Source: Sphaerodactylus townsendi (lineage: Eukaryota). Taken from it: a stretch of DNA of 64,000 nucleotides. Position 1 is the first letter of the stretch, and the number at the start of each line of letters is the position of its first letter. The position numbers and the translations under genes were made by a program. The notes below the pieces were generated by a model, which was given only the letters and a program-made list of their open reading frames with translations, did no database searches and was not told where the DNA came from. This document shows, piece by piece, positions 24,440 through 37,828 of this stretch. Where the stretch lies: positions 81,034,001 to 81,098,000 of the forward strand of contig NC_059432.1 of NCBI RefSeq assembly GCF_021028975.2, read 5' to 3'.

Positions 24440-25450
24440 TCCATTCATGGTGCTGCAAAAGCGCAAAGACAGTTCCAGAGTACCGATCCTCAGGATTTTT
24501 GCATTGGGTCACCCCAGACTCACCATCAAATCACGGATCATGGCCACAACTAAAGATTACAATGGAAACATCACTTGATTCACTGTTTCATGGTGCCACC
24601 AGGGCATAAAAAATGGATCCAAAGCACAAATCCTCATCATTTTAAGGTAAGGTCACATAAAACTCATAATTGCATCATTCATCACTTGTATGGCTACAGA
24701 CTGCATCCCAAAATGCATGATCCAATGCTTCACGGCACTACCATGGGGCAAAAACATGGATCTAAAGCACAGATCCTAGTTGATTCTCAGGAATTTTATG
24801 TGGGGTCACCCAAAGTCACTATCAAATCACTTCTATCCGGGGCCACAGGTTGTACCACAGAAATCATGAATCTACTGCACATGGAATGCAAGAATTAATC
24901 CCACATTGTGAAAGACATAGCTAAGTACAACAAGACCATAATGCAGTTTGAAACATAAACGTACACATTTGCAGTCTTAGCATATTTAGTCTTTGACAGT
25001 ATGGGGTTAAATCCTGCATTGCGTGGTTTGTTTTTGTCCTTTAGTATGTTTTAGTGGTTTTTGTCTTATGTATTGATTTTGTCTGCACTTTACCTCCTTT
25101 TGGTTTTTGTCTACTGCACATGGTACCAACACTTGGATCCAAAGCATGGATCCTGATGATTCCACAGATTCACAGCTTCATAGTGCTGTCATAGAGCAAA
25201 AGCATGGATCCTCAGGATTTTTTATGTGGGGTCACCAACAAATCCCATATCACATCCATGGTGACAGATTGCACCACAGAAAGCATAGGTCCACCTCTTT
25301 GTGGCACCACCATGGCTCAGAAACTTTGATCCAAAGCACCAGATCCTCATGGATCCCCAGGAATTTTATGTGGGCTCACCCAAAACTCATTAGGAAATCA
25401 CACATCATGCTCATACTGAAAGAATGGATCACATTCATCTGCCATGGTGC
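24440..25450. repeat. degenerate tandem repeat, roughly 140-150-bp unit, about 6 copies
   Basis: Recurring atggatccaaagcacagatcct...ggattttatgtggggtcacc motifs, interrupted at 24885-25109. Confidence 0.7.
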
Positions 25451-26789
25451 AAACACTGCATTTGGTAGGCTGTGATGGGCTGCAATGTCAAAATAAAACA
25501 CAATAATGTTATTGGAGGGGGCGGGGTAAGATTTCCTCTTTTCTACCAATTATAGAGATGCTCATACTAGATGTCAGTTCTTTAATGTGGACATGACTTC
25601 CTGTGTATGTATTTTTTCCATCATGCTGGGAAGTATATGCAGGAATTGGCTACTTCCAACACAAGGGGAAGATACACACACAGCAAAAGATACACATTCC
25701 CTTATATATGAGTATAGATGTATTCAAAACATAACATTAAAACTGACCCTTAGCTTCCACACAATCAGTATTCAGACAAGATGTACCCTTCCTTTGGAAT
25801 CACTTCCTGGAGTGACTCAAGCAAGTACATGCAAGAAGTACTTAAGTTATCCATTAACACACATTGTGGTTAACTGTGTCTAGAATTAAAAGATGTGGTT
25901 TTTATACTCCTAGACAGTGGAACCTCTAAGATAGTGGTTAGACATTGAATAAGGGTACTACTAAAATTATCTTCATTTGGAAACTACGGGTAAGGTATTT
26001 GTTCCCTCATCTAACTACGATAATTGTTTGAAACCTTCCCAGCACTGAACGATGAGCACAACACCAATTACATTTCTAGTACAAGCAAAAATGTTTATGT
26101 TCCTGTGCCTTGAGTCACAGGAACTCAACAGGATGCTGGTATAATGGTTTTGTGATGAGTATCCTTGTCTTGGACAGGTCCATCCATGAGTGAAGATGGC
26201 TGGCTGCACAGCCACAATTGCGCTGCTGCTCCTAAAGGGGCTTCCCGGCAGTGTGGAGAGGATTCAAAAACATGAAAGCTTCCCTGCTGCTGAGAAGTCC
26301 CCATTGGGCTTAATAGACTGACCACCACCACCCAAAAGGGTGGCTTAAATTTCAACTCGCAGCAGCCAGTATAACATGCCAAATGACCAGGAAGGTGACC
26401 AACATTGGCTTCTCCCCATGCTGGGACTGGGACTGGGGAGAGCAGCGGTGGCCCCATGCTGGAGGAATTGCCTCTCTGTTGGGGTAAGTGTCCCAGGGAG
26501 GGTACATTCACTGCAGTGGCCACATGCCACCCCCATGGGTAGATTCCCCTCCCCATGGGATTCTAAGTCTCCAGGTTGAATTCAGAAGTCCACTCAGCAT
26601 TTTCCTTTGAGTAAACTGAAAATATGATCCCAAAAACTATTTTAGATAATAGTTTAGCTGAGTTGCTTTAATAATGATGGACACAGTGAGCATCCATATT
26701 TTCCCCACTACAACTTCACTGTTAATAAACTATGGTAGCAGTTAGTCACATTATTACGAAATTATGTCAAATTGATTACCCAAATGTGT

Positions 26790-27685
26790 AGTATGTTATT
26801 ACAATGGGATACAGAAGATGAGCTGGTTAAATCTGTAATGATTAAATCGTCTAGAAATGTTGACCATGACATCTTGATGGAACAGAGAGAGAGGCTGTGG
26901 AAGAATAGTTTAAAATTGCAGCATGTTATCATTTGAAAGAAAAGTGTTGTAAAATAATGTGTAGATGGTATTTAACGCCAAAAAAAATTGGCAAAGATGT
27001 ATGAAGGTATGTCAAATAGATGCTGGAAGTGTCAATAGCAAAGGGGTCTTTTTCCATATGTGGTGGGCATGTAAAGAGGCTATGACCTTTTGGGATATTA
27101 TACTTAAGGGTTTGTTTAAAAAAATTGAAATAGCAATTCTGAAAAAAAAAACTCAGACCTTTCTATTGAGAATAATGGGAGAAAACCTCCATAAGCAATA
27201 CAGGACTGTTTATAAATGGGAGAACTCCAGCAAGGACTCTATATGCACAAAAATGGAGAGATAATAAGATACCAATAAAACAGAACTGGATTTTAAAAGT
27301 TACAGAATATGCAGAAATGGTGAAGCTGGCAGAATTATTAAGAGATAACAGATTTTTCACAAGACTGGAAACCCTTTACAGAATACCTTTTGAAAAACCA
27401 TTCAAATAGAGAAGTAGTGTGAGGGTTTGAAACCTAAAGAAACAGTAGATAGACTCTTAAATATATTCTGGTAATTACAACCAAAATATATTTAAGAAAG
27501 AATTATTGAATCAACATGTTAATTATATGCATAAAAGTTATTAACCTGTAGTCAAAGATGAGATAGCTGGAAGTCATCATATAATGGGTTATGTTTTGTT
27601 TCTTCTTTTAACATTAATAGTTATGCATGTGTTTTGTGTGTTGTCTTTTTATGTGATAAATAAAAATTTATTTTTAAAAAGAAAT
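26790..27685 (+). mobile_element. L1-clade LINE 3' fragment
   Basis: Frameshifted RWYLTPKK...NRCWKC...FFHMWWAC...FW (ORF2 C-terminal cysteine-rich motif), then AATAAA near 27659 and an A-rich end. Confidence 0.75.
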
Positions 27686-27829
27686 GTTGAAACAATAGTT
27701 ATTTAAAGCTATGATTCTACGTACATTAAAAACAATTTCAAGCTATGATTCTAAGTACATTTTCTTAGCAATAGGTCCTAAATAATGGGATTTGCTACCA
27801 GCTAATAAATTTTAGGATTTGAACATCAA

Positions 27830-28510
27830 ACATTAAATCCAGCAAAAAGGAGGTCGGGTGACTGAGCTGGAAGAGGCAGGTGGGAGGATGTCAGATCCCC
27901 ACTCTTGACAAGGTACAGCTTGTTATGGCACTGACCATCAAGATCTTCGGCATATTCCTTAATGCTTCCTTGTCCACAGAGGGTCAGGTGAATTATGTAA
28001 CTCGCTTAAAGCTTTACCATCGTCACCAGGAGACAGATGGCACTCTAGGTATACCAGGCCAACTTAGCCATGGTGATCCTCGTAATGATCACCTCTAGGC
28101 TGGATTACTGTAACTCACTCTAGACAGTGCTGCCCAGAAGCTTCAGCTGGTCTAGAAGGCAGCAGCAAGGATCCTAACTGGTACCTGTGGCAGGCACATA
28201 TTCAACCAGTGCTCTGACAGCTGTACTGGCACCAGGTGGAGTATCAGATCAAGTTCAAGGTTTTAGTAGTGACATACAAAGGCCTAAATGGTCTGGGGCC
28301 AAAATACTTGAGGGACCATCTCTCCCATTATGTCCCCAATTGCTACTCCAATCATTGAGTGGAAACTTACTTGTGGTCCTTGGCCCAAGGGAAGTCAGGC
28401 TGGCCTCAGGGCTAGGGCCTTTTCAGTCCTGGCCTCAGCCTGGTGCAACACTCTGTCTCATGAGACCAGGGCCCTATGGGATCTAATGCAGTTCTGCAGG
28501 GCCTGTGGTT
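27830..28510 (+). mobile_element. L2-clade LINE 3' fragment
   Basis: Encodes remnants such as LDYCNSL, LQLV*KAAAR and RAFSVLA.AWCNTL; homologous to the 3' part of 14280-16890. Confidence 0.75.
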
Positions 28511-31500
28511 TAATCACTTTATTGAAGGGTGAGTATATATTCTGAACAACATTTTTCTACATTAACTAAACTAAGTGGAAGAGCCCTCAGTTAGGAACAC
28601 TGTAAAATAAAAATCCCTTCTTAATTATGTACCCGACTTTATGATTTTGGGAGTCAAGCAAAAGGCAGGACATTTTTTAAAATACGTTTTCAGAGTAGGA
28701 GATAAAGCCTAGCCCCTACACTGCATGATCTTTAAGCACATTTACTCAGAAGTCCTGCTGAGTTTAACTGACAACTGTGATGCCAAACATTGCGGCTTTG
28801 CAACTAATCACAGGACCATTACAGCCCAATTTTAAATAGAACTTCTTTATGATTACCTAAAAGTAAATTTTATTGGTTTTATTCAGATCTATTCCACAAA
28901 AGTGGACTGCACTGGATTGCAGCCCTGTGTCCATTTCAGTAGCAACAAGATCCACTGAAAGAAATAAAATGTATTTCCATAAATAGGTTCAGGAGCCTCT
29001 ACGCATGTTTACAGATAATCACACAAAAATATTCAGATTTCTAAAATTGTTTATTTTGATGAAGGAAAGCATCTTCATCCCATCCCCACATTTCTAAATA
29101 CTTAAAATCACACCAGAGAATTTTGAATTTTACTGAATCTGCAATAATATTCTATATGTCTCAAAAACTCAGCATAATTTTCCCAATCTTAGTAAATTTT
29201 GCATATAGAAAATTTCCATCCAAATTTACCGGATTGTTAGTGTACAAGAAAATTTTAAGCTCTCCAAAAACTGGATTGCTTTCCTCTTCTAAAAATACAA
29301 GTGGAGGTCTAAACATGCTGCCAAATACAACATAATTTCTATTCTTTTCTATAAATTATTTCATATTTTTATGCATCTAATTGAGAAATATATAAATTAA
29401 CAGCAGTAGAACGAAGGGAGAAATGGAACAAGATATGCTTTGAGTAATATTGTGAAAGTGTGTAATAGCCCCAGTTTTGGAATGGAATGGAACTTTAATT
29501 TGTATACTGCCCTCCCCCGAAAGGCTCAGGGTGGTGCACAGCAAAATATATATCAATAACATAACATATAACAGCAGTATTAAACAGTGTTTCAAGTATC
29601 AAATATTGATAATCAAAACAACATCAATATAACATCATGACATTACATAGCAACAATATAATAACATCAGCACAACAAGCTAGTTCACAATACATGGCAA
29701 CAATAACCATAATACCATTGTGTCATAATCACAAAAATCACAGGTAGAAGATCATAGCAACACCATAACATTATACAACAATATTAAACATTGCAAAACA
29801 TAACATTATAAACAGCAGTGAACATGACAGCAAATCCACAATACAGCATCATCAACTCTAATCAAAATTCAATTTTGCTAAAATTACATCCCAATCCAAA
29901 GCATGCTTCCTTGGATGCCATTCTCTTCAAGTTTGACTGGGTTTATTTACAAGTAGGTATAGAGTTGCTTCCTGAGTCATCATTCACTGTGATCCTATTC
30001 TCATTAATGGAAGTAATTTTAATCATATTCAGTAAGACTTACTTCCAAGGAAATAGACATAGGATTGGGATGTACACTCCAGTGAAACTGACAAAACATT
30101 ATTTAGCTGCAGTTACTTTGCTCCATGGTTTCTATGGGAGTTAATCATAACTAACTTTAGATAGGCTGAAGTGCTTCAATAGAATTTCAATACAAATTGA
30201 GGTTACATAAATGAATGATGCCCCTGTGAATGGTTTGTCAGCCACTTTTTCTGCTAGAGGCTTGCTGGTTTCTTTTGTACAATGGTTCTATAATAATGTC
30301 CTGTACCAGAATGGAGGTTCCCTCTATTATTAGTAGTTTGCTCCAAAATATTTCTCCATTTAAGGTGAAGATTGTGCATTTGAGGAAGCCAAAATGGTTC
30401 CTGACAACCCATCTCCTTTCAACCTGGGGGGGGAGGGAACCCTATTTCCCCATCCTGCACTGATCCTAGCTGATCAAGGTCTGAGAACAAAGGGTTGAAG
30501 TAAAAAAAAAAAAAAGACAGGGCAATGCTTCATGCATTGGTCACATGGATGATGATCACCAATTAGGGGTTCATTGCCTCTCTAAGTAGGCAAAACATTT
30601 GCAAGTTGTCACTTTAAAGGAGACAGCTCTCAGCTTGATGCACAGTATGAATCCTTCCCCCTCACTTGTCAACTTGCAAGTGCTTTTGCCAAAGGAGGAG
30701 AGGGAACCTGCTGTGGTTTGCCGCCTTTAAACTGTCAATTTCCAGTCTCTTGGCCAGTTTAATGGAGGTAACTGCAATATAACCCTCCTTGTCTCTAAAA
30801 ATTTTTTACATGCACTCTGGCAAGAGTGGGAGGTATTGTGTACCAAACTGTCAATTGTCAAATGCTTTGTCAGTTTCAAGACAGGGATCTCCAGCACGTA
30901 CTCATCACCATCTTCTGACAAGGTGGCTTTTTTTTTTCCTTTTTGTAAATTGATGGGGTTTGGGACAGGTTGCTCTGACTGAAGAATAGCAAAATGGAAT
31001 GAAAGGACATTTCATTCCCTTTTTAGCCATTCTCTCTTAAAAACTGCCAAAAGAACGTTTTCCACATCAGGCATAAATATTCACATCTTTTATCTTAGCT
31101 GTCCCACCATCTCCAATTTGATATCAACTATCATTCTCCTAAACAATTATATGTAAAATTAAACTAGATGTTCAACATACTTCACAGTTTACAGCACGGA
31201 ATGAACAGAATACATAATTTTTTATTCAAGTGCAAGTATTTAAAACCGAGGCAGCAGCGTTAAAAAAAACTTTTGTGGATAATAAATTGCTCAATGCTGC
31301 CATCTGTAGACCAAGTATTGTTAAAATTACTATATGGTCTTTCCAACCCAAAATATGTTTATTCATAATAATACTAATAGTTGATCCGATTGAGAATTAA
31401 TGGAGTCAAAAAGTAATTCTGTCCTGCAATTAGGATATTTTCCCCCTCTGACCAATAGCTCCAAGATCAATTACCATTGAACAGACCTGGCATCAGTCTG

Positions 31501-33600
31501 GGCTTGTCTTCAAGCAGTCTAAGAGAACGTGCATGAGGGTATCAGGGTTCCAGCAGCAAACTACGCCCCCAAATTACATGCACATGCATCCGGGTTTTAT
31601 CATGTGACTGGAAATCTTGTTTTTTCCCATGTTCATGGCTAGGCCCTAAATATGTGTTGCAAAAAAGCTACACAGGTCAGAGCCAGAGCCCACCCACCAT
31701 AATTCCAGTTCCCCTACCTCTCCCCTCAGAACACCTGGGAAAGGTTCTTGTTATTTGTGCAGGTGAGAATCACCATATCTCATGTCCCTAAGAATGTGGA
31801 CACTGTTATCATGCTGTGTCTAGCTAACCTCTTGTTCCTGCTCTTGCTAGTTTCTCATACATACTTGAGCATGGCCACAGAAAAGGATAATCAAGTACAG
31901 TTTCCAAGCACAATTTCCAGGGCCCTAACGTAACAAAGTTTAGAAGTAACACTGATAAGGACAGTTCTTTCAGTCTCACAGTGAATATAAGTTTGACATA
32001 AATCTAGCACAGCAAAACAGGCAACAGAGCAGACAGCGGAAGAACAGTTGCCTACATTTGAGAAACTTGCGGTCTTATTTTATATCACAAGGCTAAATAC
32101 CCAGGCAAAATAAAATCAATACTTTCCCTTGGCATTTCAAATAACTGTGGCAATATTGCTTTTCATTTTTATTATTTATTTATTATTGTAATAGATAACT
32201 TGGCAGATTTTAGGCCACTGACAGTCACAAGAATGTTTTGATTGGTCTGGTGTACAAACAATTTCAGTCAGTTCATTTGCACATGAGCTGATGTATGCAA
32301 CAAGGAGTATAATGCATACATAGAATAGAAAACTGAGAACTTAGGCACATCAAGGGAACAAGCAAATGCACCCTAATTCTCAAGTCAGCTCTGCAAGGGG
32401 TGAAAGCTAGAATTGCTGGACTGAACCTGGGATATAAATCTGATTACTAGTGCACCCTAGAAGAAAACACACAAGAGAAATGGAGTCTAGTGTCTGACTT
32501 GTTCAATGGCTAGAAACAAGGCAGGGACCTGATTCCTGTGAAAATGAGCCAGCTCCCATGACACTGATCTAAAATATTACCACTTCATTTGTTACTGGGC
32601 TGGAACATGCTTAACTGGGTCAATCACTTTTTTTGGGAGCATCTCCCAAGAAAGTGATTTGCCCTTATGAACACAAAGGCTGAAGCTCTATGGTGAAAGG
32701 AGTTGGGAACATCCTCATTTAAATACCGGGGGGGGGGGGGTGTAGTTTTTTTTTTAATTGGGTTTTTTGTCGTATAATTTCCTCTTATTCTTGCAAAACT
32801 ATCCGGGGCAACACAATTGGAAAGGCAATCTACAAATGGTAAAACAAATAAATCTTCACCCTGAAAATAGTACTATTACATCAAATTGTTAAAGGACAGT
32901 TTTCGCACTGTATTGTGTAGTCTATATTACAAACCTTGCTGTCCTCTCTATATAAATTGAAGCTAGTTCCAGGTTGGGGAGGGGGTTGGATTGACAATGC
33001 CCAGGACCCTAAATGACCTGCCTTTTCATCACACGCTCATGTGCCCTTAGCTGCCTGTGTCCTTTTCTTGTCTGTGAGCCTCTTCACCACTAGTACTCAC
33101 AACTGCCCATGCTGCCTCCATACTTTGTCTGAGAGCACTAGGCACTGTATAAGGCTAGTGGTCTGCCATCATAGTAGCCAGGAGCACTGCTGGCAATGAC
33201 CACCTGTACATTCTTCATCTACAATGCTTAGAATTAGATTTAGCTAAGAAGCATATGTGGTAGAACATTCCAAACAGGTGGTGGAAAGGTGGGTAGCAGG
33301 AGAAGACTGTGGATGGGGTGCAGCCAGGTGGCAGTGAGGCCCACCAGAAGCCCTGGGCCCTAGCACCTGTCCCACCTCAGTGTATGCAAATGCCTGCCCT
33401 GATGTAAATGCTTCATCATAATAATTGCTATTATGAAATGTCTTCCCATTCAAAATTACAATTGCAATACAAAAATGATTTCAACAATCAGAATGTAACA
33501 AAAAACACTGCAAATGAGCAGCAGCAGTAATACAAAAAACAAAACCAGATAACCAACCCTAGTGAAAGCCCACAGATACTCAAGCTTTAATTAGTTGATG

Positions 33601-33601
33601 A

Positions 33602-33652
<51 letters not shown>
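33601..33652. repeat. (ATAA)n microsatellite
   Basis: About 13 perfect tetranucleotide units. Confidence 0.95.
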
Positions 33653-34441
33653 GGAATTTAAAAAAGTCAACACAACTACCAAGAATGTCCTGCTCGACAT
33701 CCCTTCTTTGCCCAGTTCTTTGAAACAGTCTGTCTAAAGAGGTACAAAATGGTCCATGACTAGATTACAGGAATTAATGTCATTATAGGGAACTGAATTT
33801 CTTTTCTCAACATTAAATATATAACCATTAATTCCTCATATTTTTTTCTCCTTTCAAATGAAGAATTTCTCTTTGGTTTTCTTTATAATTTTCTGTTACA
33901 CTTCTTTGCAGCCTTTTGTAACTTCAGTCCTTTTTTTGACATTCCATCCCAGAGGTAGGGTTGCCAGTCAGTGGCTAGTGACTGGAATAGCTGAAAACCT
34001 TATGCTGAAACCAGGTTTTCTGGGTCAATGAGATAATAGACTGTGATTTTTTAAATTTTTCTCTTCCTGCCAACTGCTGAAGTGCCAGTGGACAATGGCA
34101 GCTGGGGGTGAGAGATCGCTTACCCTCAGCAGTCATATAACAAGCTTAACCTCAGCTGCTCTATCAGGAGGGCAGGAAGGTTTGTGGAGACATTGCCTGC
34201 CTCTAAGAATCTGCAGAATGAAATTTTTAAGAAACTCCCTTCCTGCCCATGCTCTCTTTGAATATCTCGTTAGATTTGAAGTGGAATTGATTCAAATTAG
34301 GCTCCAAATTACCCTGAACAGGAAAAGAAACTGACTTGTCAGGTTTCAGGGAAACATGGGTAAAATAATTTCTCCAAATAGCACTAATATATATTTTCAT
34401 TTCAAGGCCTTTTCCAAATTAAGGCTACAAAGGGCTAACAT

Positions 34442-34588
34442 NNNNNNNNNNNNNNNNNNNNNNNNNNNNNNNNNNNNNNNNNNNNNNNNNNNNNNNNNNN
34501 NNNNNNNNNNNNNNNNNNNNNNNNNNNNNNNNNNNNNNNNNNNNNNNNNNNNNNNNNNNNNNNNNNNNNNNNNNNNNNNNNNNNNNNN
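34442..34588. other. assembly gap (N run)
   Basis: 147 N, located at the tail end of the adjacent SINE. Confidence 1.
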
Positions 34589-34858
34589 CCTTTTCTCTCC
34601 TATAGGAGACTCAAAGGGACTTACAAACTCCTTTCCCTTCCCCCCTCACAACAAACACCTTGTGAGGTAGGTGGGGCTGAAAGAGCTCAGAAGAACTGTG
34701 ACTAGCCCAAGGTCACCAAGCTGGCATGTGTTGGAGTGCACAGGCTAATCTGAATTTCCCTGATAAGCCTCCACAGCTCAAGCAGCAGAGCGGGTAATCA
34801 AACCCGGTTCCTCCATATTAGAGTACACCTGCTCTTAACCACTACACCACTGCTGCTC
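34589..34858 (-). mobile_element. tRNA-derived SINE (Squam3-like), copy 2
   Basis: Colinear and highly similar to 1340-1589. Confidence 0.8.
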
Positions 34859-34861
34859 TGG

Positions 34862-35043
34862 ACAGGAGTCGTTGGAACAGTCAATAATGCTAGGAAAAGT
34901 TGAAGGAAACATAAGACAAATTGACTCATTAAGGAAGTCACAGCCTCAGTTTGCAAAACCCGAGCAAAGCTGTTAACATGATAGTTTGGAGATTATTCAT
35001 TCATAGGCTCCCCATAAGTAAGAACTGACCTGACAGCGCTTAA
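34862..35043 (+). mobile_element. RTE-clade LINE 3' fragment
   Basis: SLEQSIMLGKVEG remnant followed by an RTE-like 3' end. Confidence 0.55.
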
Positions 35044-35119
35044 TATACCCATACAATGAACGGATAGTTAAAATGGCAAAAACAGGATTCATGTAATACC
35101 TTTTACTGACACCAAATTA

Positions 35120-36102
35120 CTTGTATATACTTGTGTATAAATTGACCCGCATGTAAGTCGAGGCACCTAATTTTACCACAAAAACTGGGAAAACTTATTG
35201 ACTCATCTTTAAGTCGAGGATGGGAAATGCAGCAGCTGCTGGTAAATTTCAAAAATAAAAATAGATACCAATAAAATTACATTAATTGAGGCATCAGGAG
35301 GTTAAATGTTTTTGAATATTTCAAAGAAAAACAGTAAACTAGATCTGTAAGTGGAAAAGAGTGTCAACAAAAACAATATGGTCTCAACAATAACTTTAAA
35401 AGTACAAAAACCTTAGCTCAACCAGCAAACGAGCTAAAACACAAGAGTTAAAATCCTTCAAAACTGGATTTTTGGTCAGGGGAGGAATATTTATGTTAGC
35501 AGTACCAACATTTCAGAGTATCTTTAGGAGACCCTCCTGATGATACCACCCAGGTTTGGTGAAGTTTGGTTCAGGGGGTCCAAAGTTATGGACCCTAAAA
35601 ATGTAGCCCCATCTACTATTAGCTCCCATTGGAAACAATGGGGGATGGGGCACCCCCTTTGGGGATCCATAACTTTGGACCCCCTAAACCAAACATCACC
35701 AAACCTGGCTGGTATCATCAAGAGATTATCCTTATGATACCACCTAGGCTTGGTGAAGTTTGGGTTAAGGGGTCCAAAGCTAAGGACCCTCAAAATGTAG
35801 CCCCATCTACCATTAGCTCCCATTAGAGACAATGGGGGGTGGGGGCACCCCCTTTGGGGTCCATAACTTTGGATCCCCTGAACCAAACTTTACCAAACTT
35901 GAGTGGCATCATCAGGAGAGTCTCTTGAAAAATTCCTGCAATTCTGGTGCCGCTAGCCTAAAAACTGTGCCCCCTGACGGCCGACAAAGTAAAAACCCTA
36001 AAAAAAAATTTTTTAATACACCTGACTCGTGTATAAGTTGAGGGGGGCTTTTTCGGCACAAAAATGTGCTGAAAATTTCAACTTATATGCGAGTATATAT
36101 GG
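35120..36102. mobile_element. non-autonomous Tc1/mariner-superfamily element containing an internal palindromic tandem repeat
   Basis: TA flanks (35118-35119, 36103-36104); degenerate TIRs gtatatacttgtgtataaattga / tcaacttatatgcgagtatatat; repeated sub-terminal tataagtcgagg-like motifs. Confidence 0.7.
35540..35925. repeat. two tandem 194-bp units, each an internal inverted repeat
   Basis: atgataccacc recurs at 35540 and 35734. Each unit has arms of about 55-60 bp (…ggtccaaagttatggaccc / ggatccataactttggacc…). Confidence 0.85.
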
Positions 36103-37344
36103 TACACAAAATATTTGGTAAGCTTTTCTGTTCTTCAGAGCCCTTCCTCAGGCAGATGTTACCAAACATTTTTTTTCTTCAAGGAAGCTAAAAAGTAAAG
36201 TTTCCAGTTCATAACTTAAGACCATATCATGGCATCCTTTGATGTTGGATGCTGGCAGATTCAGCTTCTAGCTTGACTGCCGTAGATGTTGGATGACAGC
36301 ATTGGAAGAAGAAACAAACAACGGAGAGTCATCTCACTGGCAAAAAAAGAGAGGCCTGAAATGTCCAAAGCTGTTTACAGCTTATTAAATGGCTAACATT
36401 CAATTGCAGACATATATGAACTGGTTGTTCCTTTCAATATGAAGCTGATGCAGACCCTTGAGCAATCATAAAGTTGCAAAGGATAAAACAGACACACAGA
36501 TTGAGTAATACGTAATCTGAATATCTCAAATTGTTCATGTTCTTTCCACCGATTTTCACTCTACCTTAATCTAAATCTAATCCATGATTAATTTCTCCCA
36601 CCATTCACCCAAAGAGGTGAGGATGGCATACTCTTTCTTTTTCCTCCCATCTGGTATATTATGATGAGTGAGACCTACTAAGATCAAGGCTGCTTTCCTA
36701 TATTTGGGTGAGCCAAACGAACGTGAATGAGAAGCTAACATGCCAGCAATTGTTCTCTTGGGGCAAAATGGGCAGGCTAAAACAGATATTTGTGCTCCCT
36801 GTGAGACAAGCACCACACCCCTTCCTCATGTTCTGTGGATCTTGGAGGTATACATGCTGTACTTTTCAAATGGCAAAATTAATTAATGTAGATTGCCTAA
36901 AGCTGTTGTCTTGTTGTACGGGTGTATTTCAACACTTCCATAAAGCAACTCTGACTACTTACCTTAATCAAAGAGCACAGAATACATTCACGTTACTCAG
37001 GTCTTCCTTGTACTAACTTAACCTTGTCACTTTTCACCAGGAGAAAGATCAAAACCGGTTCAGAAACGATGTCCTAGGTTTTCAAGCTGGCAGAGTTGGA
37101 ACACACAAATGACCACATCTGACTTTTGTTTAATAGTGGGCAGCCTAAACCACAAGCCTCTGCCAGTCGGGGATGGTGGTACTGAAGCCACCTCCCAAGG
37201 GCTTTCAGGTGGTATGGGAAGGCAGCAAAAACAAGCCACTGCCGCACTGTCTCCCCCGCCCCGCCCCCCAGCTGCATGAAAGTCTTCTTTTTGGCTGCTG
37301 TAAGTCTAAGGCACTGGTTGAGGTGGTCCCAGCCTGAAAGCCCA

Positions 37345-37828
37345 GGCCGTTTCTGCACGGCCAGGAGGCGCCCCCACGCCGGCAGGAGTTCTGCCGGCGT
37401 GGGGGCGGGAGCCGTGAAGGGGAGGAGGCAGACGGCAGGCGGCTCCACATGGAGCCGCCTCGCCTCCCCGCCCTCGCCACGCTGTCCTCCTGCATTAGCC
37501 TGGAGCGTCGCAGCCCGCCCGCTGCCCTCCGACCCTGGAGGTGGGGACAGTGTCGGGCAGGCTGGTGGAGGACACCGTGAGTGGGCGGAGACGGAAGACA
37601 AGCGTCTTCCCGGGCGATTCGCGCACAGCGCCTCAGGAAGACGCTCCCTCCCAACAACAACCCTTTTTAAAGGGTTGTTGTTTTGTACGCTTGACAGCCC
37701 TGGGGGGAGGGAAGAAGAGTCAGGTCGCCGCTGCTGCGTTGCAGCAGTGGCGCCTGTGCGAACGGCGGCCTGGGGGCGCCTTTTTTGGCGCCCCCAGGCC
37801 GTCATAAATGGGCCGTGCAGAAACGGCC
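37345..37828. mobile_element. CpG-rich MITE, PIF/Harbinger-like
   Basis: Perfect 18-bp TIR GGCCGTTTCTGCACGGCC / GGCCGTGCAGAAACGGCC and a 3-bp flanking repeat CCA (37342-37344, 37829-37831). Confidence 0.75.

Noticed and set aside
24440-25450. CRISPR-like repeat-spacer array
   Set aside because: The context is eukaryotic, the units are long and degenerate, and there are no unique spacers or cas genes.
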